This document shows, piece by piece, positions 28,158 through 36,963 of a DNA stretch of 49,082 nucleotides. The translations under genes were made by a program, and so were the position numbers. The notes beneath the pieces were generated by a model. It was not told the DNA's origin, did not search any database, and saw only the letters and a program-made list of their open reading frames with translations. This DNA comes from Spirochaetales bacterium (GTDB lineage: Bacteria; Spirochaetota; Spirochaetia; DSM-27196; SLST01). Within the stretch, counting starts at the first letter, position 1. Every line of letters starts with the position of its first letter. The DNA lies in NCBI GenBank assembly GCA_007130265.1, contig SLST01000469.1, positions 1 to 49,082 of the forward strand, written 5' to 3'.

Positions 28158-28210
28158 ACCTGCGCGGGCGCACAACGGCTACCGGGCATCATCAGATCCG
28201 CGAATTGGGT

Positions 28211-28230
28211 AGAAGTGTTCGGACACTTCT
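28211..28230. promoter_or_regulatory. Inverted repeat in the purL / EIIA divergent intergenic region
   Basis: The repeat is AGAAGTGT-tcgg-ACACTTCT with perfect 8-bp arms. It overlaps a -35-like CGGACA that sits 17 nt upstream of the -10-like TATATG (28243-28248). A second hairpin, GGCGG-tctggt-CCGCC, lies at 28250-28265. Confidence 0.3.
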
Positions 28231-28312
28231 GGTACATTCGACTATATGAGGCGGTCTGGTCCGCCGGCAGGAACGATAGGATGGAAGATAGCGGAACTAG
28301 AGGTAAATCCCG

Positions 28313-28810
28313 TTGGCGTACTTCGACCCCGGAAGTGTAATCTGGAACCTGAGAAGCAGGAATAAGCTGGACGCGATCAGAGAGATCATCGATGAGACAC
28401 CCGTCTTCGCCGAGCACGAAGCGTTGAACACCGAAGAGTTCACCCGGATCGTGATCGCGCGCGAGAAGCTTCAGTCGACGGGCTTCGGACACGGCGTCGC
28501 GGTCGCGCACGGCAGGACCGAACAGGTCGATGAGCCGGTGATCGCGCTCGGCGTCTCGCACGAAGGAATCGACTACGACTCGTACGATGAGAAACCGGTG
28601 CACCTGCTCTTCATCATCGCAAACCATCCGGATCGGCAGGTAGACTATCTGCAGATCCTCTCAACGCTGGTGCTGATGGTACGCGACGAGCTCTTTCGTC
28701 GGGAGATTCTCGACTGCACCGATGCCGGCTCCGCGGAGCGGAAGCTGTGCGAGGTGTTCTCGAAGCTGATCGAACGTCAGCGCCTGCGCACCGTCGGACG
28801 CACGGCGTAG
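28313..28810 (+). CDS. ptsN: PTS EIIA-2 (EIIA-Ntr / PtsN-like) domain protein, stand-alone
   Basis: The TTG start is preceded by AGAGGTAA. The layout follows PTS_EIIA_2: ...VIWNLRSRNKLDAIREIIDE..., the phospho-His region STGFGHGVAVAHGR, then VHLLFIIANHP..QVDYLQILSTL. I recognised no EIIB, EIIC, EI or HPr genes in the window. Confidence 0.75.
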   Translation: MAYFDPGSVIWNLRSRNKLDAIREIIDETPVFAEHEALNTEEFTRIVIAREKLQSTGFGHGVAVAHGRTEQVDEPVIALGVSHEGIDYDSYDEKPVHLLFIIANHPDRQVDYLQILSTLVLMVRDELFRREILDCTDAGSAERKLCEVFSKLIERQRLRTVGRTA

Positions 28811-28819
28811 GCGGTACGA

Positions 28820-30109
28820 TCAGCGCGAGGAGACCGGTGCTCTTTCCCTGCCGGCCGCGAGCTCGGCGATCTCCAACGTCGCGAAGTAGTCGGTGAGGGT
28901 TTCCGCGCGTCTGATGAGATCGACCGACCCGTCCTCACGGAGCAGGAGTTCCGCGCTGCGCAGCTTCCCGTTGTAGTTGAAGCCCATTGAGTGACCGTGG
29001 GCGCCGGTATCGTGTATGACGAGGTAGTCGTCGACGTCGATGCGTGGAAGCTGCCGGTCGATCGCGAACTTGTCGTTGTTCTCGCACAGGCTTCCCGTGA
29101 CGTCGTAGGTCTCCGTCGCCGGGGCCTCCTCCTTGCCGAGCACGGTGATGTGGTGATAGGCGCCGTACATTCCGGGACGCATGAGATTCGCCATCGACGA
29201 GTCGAGCCCGACGTACTTCTTGTACGTGTCCTTCAGATGACGCACGCGGGTCACGAGGTAGCCGTGAGGCCCGGTCACGCATCGGCCGTTCTCCATGTAG
29301 ATCCGCATGGGATCAAGTCCGGCCGGCTCGATGATCTGCGAGTAGAGCTCGCGTATGCCGCGGGAGACGTAGTGTAGATCCACGGCGTCCTGGTCCGGTC
29401 GATAGGGTATGCCGATGCCGCCGCCGAGGTTGAGGAAGCCGATCCGAACGTCGGTTTTCTCGCGGATCTCTACGGCGAGCTCGAAGAGCAAGGCGGCTGT
29501 CTCGACGAAGTAGTCCGGATTGAGCTCGTTGCTCGCGACCATCGTGTGAAGCCCGAACTCCTGCGCACCGAGCTCTGCCGCTCGCCGGTACCCTTCGATG
29601 ATCTGGTCGCGCGTGAAGCCGTACTTCGCCTCTTCCGGCCGCCCGATGATGACGTTCCCCTCTTTGAGCGAACCCGGGTTATACCGCATGCAGATGCGGC
29701 GCGGCATGCCGATACCTTCGTGCAGGTAGTCGATATGCGAGTAGTCGTCGAGGTTGATGATGGCGCCGAGTTCCTTCGCCTGGGCGAACTCGCAGAGCGG
29801 CGTGTCGTTCGAGGTAAACATGATCAGGTCGCCGGGGGTCTCGAGATAGTCGCAGAGGGTGAGCTCAGCCGTGGAGGAACAGTCGAAGCCCATACCCTCA
29901 TCGGCGACGACCTGCATGATCGCAGGGTTCGGGAGCGCCTTCACGGCGAAGTAGTTGCGGAAACCGCCCGGAACCCAGCTGAAGGCCGACGCCATATCGC
30001 GGGCGGTCGCGCGGATACCCGCCTCGTCGTAGATGTGAAACGGCGTGGGATGGTCGTCCGTGAGTCGCTCGACGAAGTCGCGACCGAAGGGTACGTTCTT
30101 GGGTGTCAT
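28820..30109 (-). CDS. lysA: Diaminopimelate decarboxylase (group IV PLP decarboxylase)
   Basis: The sequence contains TPFHIYDEAGIR, YFAVKALPNPAIMQ (PLP Lys), LNLGGGIGIPY, GSLCENNDKFA and DTGAHGHSMGFNYNG. Confidence 0.85.
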   Translation of the reverse strand: MTPKNVPFGRDFVERLTDDHPTPFHIYDEAGIRATARDMASAFSWVPGGFRNYFAVKALPNPAIMQVVADEGMGFDCSSTAELTLCDYLETPGDLIMFTSNDTPLCEFAQAKELGAIINLDDYSHIDYLHEGIGMPRRICMRYNPGSLKEGNVIIGRPEEAKYGFTRDQIIEGYRRAAELGAQEFGLHTMVASNELNPDYFVETAALLFELAVEIREKTDVRIGFLNLGGGIGIPYRPDQDAVDLHYVSRGIRELYSQIIEPAGLDPMRIYMENGRCVTGPHGYLVTRVRHLKDTYKKYVGLDSSMANLMRPGMYGAYHHITVLGKEEAPATETYDVTGSLCENNDKFAIDRQLPRIDVDDYLVIHDTGAHGHSMGFNYNGKLRSAELLLREDGSVDLIRRAETLTDYFATLEIAELAAGRERAPVSSR

Positions 30110-30146
30110 GGCGCAAAGGTAGCGGGGCGTCGGCCCGGCGTCAATC

Positions 30147-32870
30147 TCACTTCTTGCTGAGGTTGAACACTCCGTCCCAGTCGGCCTTCGGCGGTTGCCT
30201 CATGAACGCCTTTACCCGGTCGACGTAGTACTGCGCCGGACCGTCGTCCGGGTACTTGTCCAGCACCTCCTTGAAGCAGCGACCGGCGGTGCGCCAATCC
30301 TTCGCCTCGAACGCGGTGAGTCCTGAGTTGAACGTGCGCAGCTTCGCGATCTGCTCCGGGTCGTTGTCCACCGGCTCGCGCAGGTTGACGAGCTCGTAGA
30401 GCCTGATCGGTTCGCTGATCCCGACGACTCGGACCCGGTCGAGTTTGCGGGCCGTGAAGCTCCGCTTCCCGGCCGCGTCGTCCTTGGTCTCGAGGTAGGT
30501 CTGCTCGCTCATCAGGATCCAGGTGCCGTACTGCTTGTTCACTCCTTCGAGACGGGCGGCCAGGTTCATGTTGTGCCCCATCGCGGTGTAGTCCATCCTC
30601 GTCTCGGTTCCCATGTTGCCGACGACCATGTCGCCGGTGTTGATGCCGATCCTCGTCAGTATGGGACTCGGGGCGACACCGGAAGCGCGGAACTCCTCGT
30701 TGAGTTCCCGCTCCTTCTCCTTCATGCGGATCGCCGCTCGGCACGCCCGTACCGGGTGGTCGGCGAGGTCGAGCGGCGCGTTCCAGAAGGCGATGATCGC
30801 GTCACCCTCGAACTTGTCGATCGTGCCGCCCTCGTCGATCACGATGTCGGTCATCGCGCCGAGGTATCGGTTGAGGAGGTCCGTCAGCTGTTCCGGCTCG
30901 AGCGACTCGCTGATCGTGGAGAAACCGCGGATATCGGTGAACATCGCGGTGAGATGCCTCTTGACACCGCCGAGCGCGAGCTTCGACGGGTCCTCGGTGA
31001 CCTGCCGGACGACTTCCGCCGACATGTAGTGTCCGAAGGCGTTGCGGATCTCGGTTTTCTGACGGTTCTCGCGCACGAACTTCACCGCCGTCAGCACGAC
31101 GAAGGTGAGGAAGACGCCGGCCGCGGGGGTCACCATGTTGAGGTAGATCCCCGCTGTCGCGAACAGCAGGATCCCGCCGCCTATGACGAGAAGCAGGGCG
31201 CCGAAGCCGACGAGCAGACTCGGAATGGGGTTGAGCTTGCTGATGAGAAGCGTCACGAGCACGGCCACGAGGAACATCACGGCGAGCGCGACGGTCCACG
31301 GCAGGTCGACGAGAAACTGTCCCTGGAGGATCGTATTGAGGACCGACGCGTGGGTACCCACGTTCATGTACTCCTCGTCGAACGGGGTAACCCCGATATC
31401 GGTCGTGGACGTCCCCACGTGACCGATGATGATGAAGCTCCCGGGAATCTCCTGCGCGAGAACGGCTCGGTTGTCGGTGAAACCGGCATAGATCCTCTCG
31501 AGCTCGTCGTAGAGCCGGGCCGCCTCCTCGAGCGCGTACCGGTAGTCGGCCTCGATCTCCGCGTCGAGGTCGGAGTCGAGCGCCGCCTCGATGTCCGCGA
31601 GCAACCGCTCGCGCGCGCCGGACTCGAGCAGACCGCCGATCATCGCGAAGAACTGCGCGCGAAGCTCTCGCCATTCGTCTATCTGCGACCGGTCACCGCC
31701 GTCAAGCACATCGCTCTCGAGCTCCCTCGTGTAGTCATAGAGCGTGAACAGCACGTCTGCCTGGTCGTAGTAGAAGAGATAGTTCAGCTGGTCCATCGCG
31801 CGCAGCCGCTCGAGCATCGATTCCTCGTCGAGCCGGTCTCTGATGAGTCGCCAGTAGGTCACGTGTCGGAAGCTCTCGTCGTAGTCCGCCTGGGGCCAGT
31901 TGATGAGCATCCGGCCGTCGGTGGCGAGCGGAATGCGAATCGTCACGGGCCGCTCGGCGCCCGGCACGATCGCGTCTTCGAGAACCACCGCGTTCGAAGC
32001 CACGGTGAGCCCCGGCCGGCCGAGCCAGTCGAGGAGCGGCGACATGACGAGCTGGCCGTAGTACGCGTCGTCTACTTTGGCGAGGAGATCAATACGGCGG
32101 CGAACGCCGTCGCGGTCGACCACGACGTTCGGGAATCCGGCTCCCGCGCCGCCCGCCGTCACCGGGTCGATCGTCGGCCTGATATCGGCTCCGCGACGAA
32201 ACGCCGCGTCAGGATACGCGGTGATGCCTTCAAGCCCGATCCGCCCGGCGACTGTCCCGCGATCGATCGCGAGCGGACTCTGCTCGGCGAGGATGTTCAC
32301 GGTGAACCAGGCCTCTCCGTGGAAGCGGGCTGCCTGGCCGAGAAAGGTGTCGTTGTCCCGCACGACGTCCATCGCGGCACGCTTGATATCGTGTCTGACC
32401 TCGTCGGTAATACCGGCGAGCTGATCGATGAAGTCGGTTGCCTCCTCGAGGGGGATCTGTCCCTCGACGAGCGCGCGGAACAGCGATCGTATCTGCTGCT
32501 GGATGAAGGCGAAGTCGTTGTCGATGATGACGGGAAGCACGTCCCTGAGGTACCGGCCGTCGATTGCCTGGGGGCTCTCGTCGACGTACTCGATATCAAA
32601 AACGACGTAGCCGGAGTCGAACTCTCGAAGGAGCATAAGTCCGTGAGCCATGTAGTCCCTGCTCCAGGGCCAGAGCCCGACATTGTCGATCGCGGTGTCG
32701 TCCACGTCGAGCAGGAGTATCTCCGGGCGTTCGGGAACCGCGGGCCTGATGTGGAGGAACAGGTCGTAGACCCGGTGCTCGGCGGTCTGATAGAGGGGAA
32801 GCAGGTTGAGCAGGACGAAAAGCGCCGCGACGGCAACGGGCACCACGAGCTCGACAAACCGCTTTCGCAT
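30147..32870 (-). CDS. CHASE2-sensor class III adenylate cyclase with a C-terminal TPR-like tail
   Basis: The N-terminal TM helix and CHASE2 pattern are present (RVYDLFLHIRP...ILLLDVDDTAIDNVGLWPWSRDYMAHGL). Three TM helices lie around residues 520-610. The cyclase core is LTAMFTDIRGFSTISE...IDKFEGDAIIAFWNAP...RIGINTGDMVVGNMG...YTAMGHNMNLAARLE. GGAGG precedes the ATG. Confidence 0.9.
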   Translation of the reverse strand: MRKRFVELVVPVAVAALFVLLNLLPLYQTAEHRVYDLFLHIRPAVPERPEILLLDVDDTAIDNVGLWPWSRDYMAHGLMLLREFDSGYVVFDIEYVDESPQAIDGRYLRDVLPVIIDNDFAFIQQQIRSLFRALVEGQIPLEEATDFIDQLAGITDEVRHDIKRAAMDVVRDNDTFLGQAARFHGEAWFTVNILAEQSPLAIDRGTVAGRIGLEGITAYPDAAFRRGADIRPTIDPVTAGGAGAGFPNVVVDRDGVRRRIDLLAKVDDAYYGQLVMSPLLDWLGRPGLTVASNAVVLEDAIVPGAERPVTIRIPLATDGRMLINWPQADYDESFRHVTYWRLIRDRLDEESMLERLRAMDQLNYLFYYDQADVLFTLYDYTRELESDVLDGGDRSQIDEWRELRAQFFAMIGGLLESGARERLLADIEAALDSDLDAEIEADYRYALEEAARLYDELERIYAGFTDNRAVLAQEIPGSFIIIGHVGTSTTDIGVTPFDEEYMNVGTHASVLNTILQGQFLVDLPWTVALAVMFLVAVLVTLLISKLNPIPSLLVGFGALLLVIGGGILLFATAGIYLNMVTPAAGVFLTFVVLTAVKFVRENRQKTEIRNAFGHYMSAEVVRQVTEDPSKLALGGVKRHLTAMFTDIRGFSTISESLEPEQLTDLLNRYLGAMTDIVIDEGGTIDKFEGDAIIAFWNAPLDLADHPVRACRAAIRMKEKERELNEEFRASGVAPSPILTRIGINTGDMVVGNMGTETRMDYTAMGHNMNLAARLEGVNKQYGTWILMSEQTYLETKDDAAGKRSFTARKLDRVRVVGISEPIRLYELVNLREPVDNDPEQIAKLRTFNSGLTAFEAKDWRTAGRCFKEVLDKYPDDGPAQYYVDRVKAFMRQPPKADWDGVFNLSKK

Positions 32871-32931
32871 TGTCTACCTCCGTGCTCGGAATCGTACTAC
32901 AATTGCATGGAGAGGCCAACATGAAGTATAC

Positions 32932-32947
32932 TGGCACCGACCACGCT
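32932..32947 (+). promoter_or_regulatory. Weaker sigma-54-like -24/-12 element upstream of the FecR envelope operon
   Basis: The sequence is TGGCACCGACCACGCT. The -24 half (TGGCAC) is perfect and the GG-GC register is correct (32933-34 and 32945-46). The -12 half is ACGCT rather than TTGCW, giving 9 of 12 specified positions. It lies only about 16 nt from the ATG at 32963. Confidence 0.3.
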
Positions 32948-32962
32948 CGGCAGGAGACCGCC

Positions 32963-33421
32963 ATGGCACGAAGCCCACGTTACGGATTCCTCGCTCTACT
33001 CCTCTTCGTAGCAGCAACACTTTCCGCCCAGACTAACGAGATGATCGACGCGATCCTCGCCGAGGAAGCCGTCTCGATCGGTTCGGCCGCCTACCTCGCG
33101 CTTTCGGCGGCGCAGCTGATCGCCGATGACGCGACACCGGGGCAGGCGGTCACCGTCGCGCGCGAGGCGGGCTGGCTTTCCGACGACGCCACGGCCGACC
33201 TGCCTGCGACGTTCGGTGAGCTCGCGTACCTTCTGATGCAGGCTACGGAGGTCAACGGCGGGCTGATGTACCGGCTGATCCCCGGGCCCCGGTACGCCGC
33301 GCGTGAGTTCGCCTACCGCGGCTGGGCACCGGAACGGATCGGCCCGCGCGAGCGTGTCTCCGGCCGGTTCGCCGTTCGGGTTACCGGCAACTTCCTCGAC
33401 CGCGTGGAGGGTTCACGATGA
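32963..33421 (+). CDS. Small secreted protein, family not recognised (first gene of the FecR envelope operon)
   Basis: The ATG at 32963 is preceded by AGGAG (32952-32956). The signal peptide is MARSPRYGFLALLLFVAATLSAQ. The ORF track starts 31 codons earlier. Confidence 0.6.
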   Translation: MARSPRYGFLALLLFVAATLSAQTNEMIDAILAEEAVSIGSAAYLALSAAQLIADDATPGQAVTVAREAGWLSDDATADLPATFGELAYLLMQATEVNGGLMYRLIPGPRYAAREFAYRGWAPERIGPRERVSGRFAVRVTGNFLDRVEGSR

Positions 33422-34731
33422 GGCGCTTCTGGTTCGTACTGCTGTTGCTGCCGCTGACGCTCCCGTCGGTACCGGCGCTCGACTTTGGCGGCTACCTCGA
33501 CAACACCTCGGGATTCGCCAGCTCGCCGGCCGGCGCGGAGACCGACCTCCAGCTCGTCCAGAGCACCACCGTCGCGCTCTGGATCGAACAGAGGCTCGGC
33601 GCATGGACGCTCGACGGCCGGGGAAACTACACCTACACGCCCAGTATCCCGGTGCTCTTTGATCTCGACCGACTGACCATTGGAACCGAGGTTGCCGCGA
33701 CGGAGGCTGGAGCGACGACTTTCAGTTTCGCCGTAGGCCGTTCGACCTACACCGACCCGACGGGGATGGTGCTCGCGCACGCGCTCGACGGGATGCGGCT
33801 GCGGGTCAACCGGACGCAGAGCTCGTTCGGGTTCGGGATCGGCACGACGGCGCTCCTGCAGAAACCCACGAACCGGATCATCCTGAGCCGCCTCGACGAG
33901 CTCGACCTCTCTGATCCGGAACGGAGATTCGCGCCGCCGCGACTGATCGCGCTCCTCAGCTACGAGCTCCTCGAAGCGTTCGCCGGGCAGGCGGTGACGC
34001 TCGGCGCGCTTGTGCAGGAGGACCTGCGGCCCACGGACCAACTGACTCCCCCCGGGACCGAGGGCACGACGCCGGATCCCGGAGCCGGCGGCCGTTTCGA
34101 CACGCAGTACCTGAGCCTCGCCGTCTCGGGGGCCGTTGCTCCGGGAGTCTATCAGCGAACCTACTACAGCCTGAACAGCGGCCGCCACCTGGTCTTCGCC
34201 GAGGACGAGCGAAGCGGCACCGGTTTCGCCTACCAATATGACACCTTTCTCGGGCACCTCGCCGGGACCGAGCTGACCTGGTTTCTGCGCGAGGCGCTCA
34301 ACTCGCGGGCGAGGATCTTCGGCCAGTTCAGTACCGGTGGCACGGAGTGGTCGGATACGTTCGTTCCCCTGTCGCCGGCTGCCTTTTCTGACGTATTCAG
34401 TTTACAACCCGGAAATTCCGCTCACCTTGGGATATCGTATAGTGTGCGACCGTTGGCCGGACGCGAATACGACGTGCTTCAGACCGAACTGAGCACGGTC
34501 TCGTACTTTCGCAGCTCGGCCGGCGGGGCAGTGTCGGAGGCGGCGGTCGACGCGACGTCCGACGGGGCGTACGTCGGGACCGACGTGAACCTGATCGTCA
34601 CGGCGGTTCCGTTCTCCGATCTGCGGCTCGTGCTGAAAGGTGGCGTATTCGCGCCCAATAAGGACGTGATGAGCCCTGAAAACAAAAACGTTGATTACCA
34701 GGTGACCCTGCAGGGCGTGTTGCGATTCTGA
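33418..34731 (+). CDS. Outer-membrane beta-barrel-like protein, family not recognised
   Basis: The ATG overlaps the previous stop (ATGA). The signal peptide is MRRFWFVLLLLPLTLPSVPA. The body has long amphipathic beta-like segments, and the C-terminus ...QVTLQGVLRF ends in Phe as in many OMPs. Confidence 0.6.
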   Translation: MRRFWFVLLLLPLTLPSVPALDFGGYLDNTSGFASSPAGAETDLQLVQSTTVALWIEQRLGAWTLDGRGNYTYTPSIPVLFDLDRLTIGTEVAATEAGATTFSFAVGRSTYTDPTGMVLAHALDGMRLRVNRTQSSFGFGIGTTALLQKPTNRIILSRLDELDLSDPERRFAPPRLIALLSYELLEAFAGQAVTLGALVQEDLRPTDQLTPPGTEGTTPDPGAGGRFDTQYLSLAVSGAVAPGVYQRTYYSLNSGRHLVFAEDERSGTGFAYQYDTFLGHLAGTELTWFLREALNSRARIFGQFSTGGTEWSDTFVPLSPAAFSDVFSLQPGNSAHLGISYSVRPLAGREYDVLQTELSTVSYFRSSAGGAVSEAAVDATSDGAYVGTDVNLIVTAVPFSDLRLVLKGGVFAPNKDVMSPENKNVDYQVTLQGVLRF

Positions 34732-34760
34732 GTCGCGGCTCCTGCGACGGGAGGAGAAGG

Positions 34761-35393
34761 ATGAAGAGGGTACTGTTGGTACTGGCGGTAGGCGCCGCGC
34801 TCGTCGCGACGGTCGGCGCCCGGAGCGCAACGGTGACCGGGTTTTCGGGGAAGGTCGAGTACCGGCTCGCCTCCGGCTGGGAGGCAGTCCGGATCGGGCT
34901 CGAGATCCCGCTCAACGCAACGATCAGCACCGGCTTCGGTGCAAGCGCCACGCTCGAGGTCGCCGGGTCGACGATCGAGGTTGCCCAGTTGACCAGACTC
35001 ACGCTCGAAGAGCTCGTCGACGACGGTTCGACCGTGAGCACGGAGGTTTTCGTGCCGGTGGGACGGGTCCGGGCGTCGGTGACGACGCCGGCAGACCGAT
35101 CGTCGGACTTCCGCGTCCGCACCGCACAATCCACGGCTGCGGTTCGCGGGACCGAATTCGAGACGAACGGCTGGCGCATCTTCGTCCGCGAAGGCAGCGT
35201 CGAGTTCCAGAACGAGCTCGGCCAGTCGAGGGTCATCCGCTCGTCGCAGATCAGCCGGACGAGACTCGGCGGGCCGACCGACCCGCTCGAGGAAGACAAC
35301 AACGAGGCGAATGTCGGCGACAGAGAGGGCCCGGAAGACTTCCGCGGCCGTCGTGGACCCTCCGGCTACATCACCGTCCGGTGGGGATGGTAG
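34761..35393 (+). CDS. FecR-domain protein with a signal peptide
   Basis: The signal peptide is MKRVLLVLAVGAALVATVGA. The FecR-like core is GFSGKVEYRLASGWEAVRIGLEIPLNATISTGFGASATLEVAGSTIEV... ...TAQSTAAVRGTEFE.... Confidence 0.7.
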   Translation: MKRVLLVLAVGAALVATVGARSATVTGFSGKVEYRLASGWEAVRIGLEIPLNATISTGFGASATLEVAGSTIEVAQLTRLTLEELVDDGSTVSTEVFVPVGRVRASVTTPADRSSDFRVRTAQSTAAVRGTEFETNGWRIFVREGSVEFQNELGQSRVIRSSQISRTRLGGPTDPLEEDNNEANVGDREGPEDFRGRRGPSGYITVRWGW

Positions 35394-35403
35394 GGAGGTC
35401 ACC

Positions 35404-36870
35404 ATGAAGAAGCTCATCAGAGTCGGCACGGCGGCCGCGATTGCGGCACTGCTCGCCAGCTGTTATATCAGCCTTGACGAAGGGGCGGGCGCCGTTGGAA
35501 TCCAGCTGCCGCCGCCGCAGAGCGCGACCGGCGCCGCAATCGGGCAGACCGGGCGGATCTATGTGATCAACGGCGCGACGCTCATCAACGTGGGCGATGA
35601 AGCGCCGTACGCGGAGTTCGACCTCGAGCCCACCCCGGGCGAACGGCTGACCGAGTACAGCGTGGGTCCGGTGCCGGCCGGCCCGGGCTACCGCGTCGTC
35701 GTGGTCTTCGGGTCGTACGCGCGGGCGGGGGGCCGGGGCGAGTTCTTCGTTCCCGCCAGCTACGCGCTCAGCGAGGAGTTCGCGGTGGCCGCCGGACAGG
35801 CGAACGAGACCGAAGAGCTCACGCTCACCGACGCACGGTTCGCGCCGGTCGATCTCGCGAACACCCTGGGCAGGGAGCTGGTGGGGATCACCTTCGTTCC
35901 TGACGCGAACCCCCTTGACTCGCGCCTCTACGCCGCGACGGACACACGGTTGTACGAAGCGACCATCCCGTCGGTGGACGAGTACGGTGACGTCACCTTC
36001 GCGGACGACTACCCGGTTCCCGGCGGCCGCACGATCAACAGTCTCTCGCTCGGGGCAGACGACGACGGGCCGGCGGTCTGGGTCAACACGACGAGGGGTA
36101 TCCTCGTGGGCACGGACTTTGACGGGTCGATCATGACCAACAGCGGCCTCGCGGAGAGGTCGATCCTTGATTCCGGGGCCCTCTACCGGTCGCCTGTCCA
36201 CTACGGTTACCTGCAGTTCGACGGCGGCGTGAGCGCGGTCCAGAGGGTTCCCGCAACCGACACGACGAACTGGCTCGAACCGGCGGACCTGAGCGAGATC
36301 GTCGTGGGTCGTCCGGTCTACAGTATGGACGTCGAACGCGGGACGACTGCCACGGCGGGCTATTTCGCGACGAAGATCGGCGCCTTCAGGCTGAGAGAGG
36401 ACATCCTTACCCTGGATCTCTCCACTGTCCAGCAGATATTCGCCAGCCCCTATACCGACTTCTTCGAAGTAGAGATAGGCGGGCAGGCGGCGACAATCAC
36501 GAGCGTGGCGGTCGTAAACGTCGTCGGTGGCGATGCCGACTACCTCTACGTGGGAACGCCGCGAGGCGCGATGCGGGTCGAGATCGCAGACATTGGGGCG
36601 AGCCCGGGCACCGACCGCGTGCAAGGGCTCCTGATTCCGCAGGCGACCGGTCAGGTCGTCAAGGATATCGTTGCGCAGGGTGATCTCATCGTAATCGTGA
36701 CGAGTCACTCTCTGCTCTACTCGATGAACGGGTCGGCGTCAACGCCCACCTTCACCGAGGTACCGCTCTACGCAAGCTCGGTAGGCGAGGTAACCGGTAT
36801 CCTTGTCGATCAGACGAATGGAATTGCGCTGCTTTCTGGAACCGGCGGACTGGTTGCGATACAGTTGTAG
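35404..36870 (+). CDS. Lipoprotein (488 aa), family not recognised
   Basis: The ATG at 35404 is preceded by GGGAGG. The lipobox is MKKLIRVGTAAAIAALLASC. The ORF track starts 31 codons upstream, inside the FecR gene. Confidence 0.65.
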   Translation: MKKLIRVGTAAAIAALLASCYISLDEGAGAVGIQLPPPQSATGAAIGQTGRIYVINGATLINVGDEAPYAEFDLEPTPGERLTEYSVGPVPAGPGYRVVVVFGSYARAGGRGEFFVPASYALSEEFAVAAGQANETEELTLTDARFAPVDLANTLGRELVGITFVPDANPLDSRLYAATDTRLYEATIPSVDEYGDVTFADDYPVPGGRTINSLSLGADDDGPAVWVNTTRGILVGTDFDGSIMTNSGLAERSILDSGALYRSPVHYGYLQFDGGVSAVQRVPATDTTNWLEPADLSEIVVGRPVYSMDVERGTTATAGYFATKIGAFRLREDILTLDLSTVQQIFASPYTDFFEVEIGGQAATITSVAVVNVVGGDADYLYVGTPRGAMRVEIADIGASPGTDRVQGLLIPQATGQVVKDIVAQGDLIVIVTSHSLLYSMNGSASTPTFTEVPLYASSVGEVTGILVDQTNGIALLSGTGGLVAIQL

Positions 36871-36909
36871 TGGATTTTCACAGGTGATCCGCGAAGCTTC
36901 CGGATGCCT

Positions 36910-36949
36910 CCGGGTCGTGCTATTCCTCCGGCGCGGCCCGGCTTTTTTT
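36910..36949 (+). terminator. Rho-independent terminator closing the FecR envelope operon
   Basis: Bases 36910-36921 (CCGGGUCGUGCU) pair with 36930-36941 (GGCGCGGCCCGG). The stem is 12 bp (9 Watson-Crick plus 3 G-U pairs) with an 8-nt loop. One C and a T7 run (36943-36949) follow. It lies 40 nt after the stop at 36870. Confidence 0.6.
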
Positions 36950-36963
36950 GCTGGACACAGCCG

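Noticed and set aside
28176-28312. A possible purine or ZTP riboswitch in the purL leader.
   Set aside because: I could not find the conserved ZTP (pfl) or purine-riboswitch core sequences on either strand. Only generic hairpins are present.
34761-35393. A classical FecI-FecR-FecA iron-signalling system.
   Set aside because: I recognised no ECF sigma factor or TonB-dependent receptor gene anywhere in the window. These FecR proteins have signal peptides rather than the cytoplasmic anti-sigma N-domain plus single TM layout.
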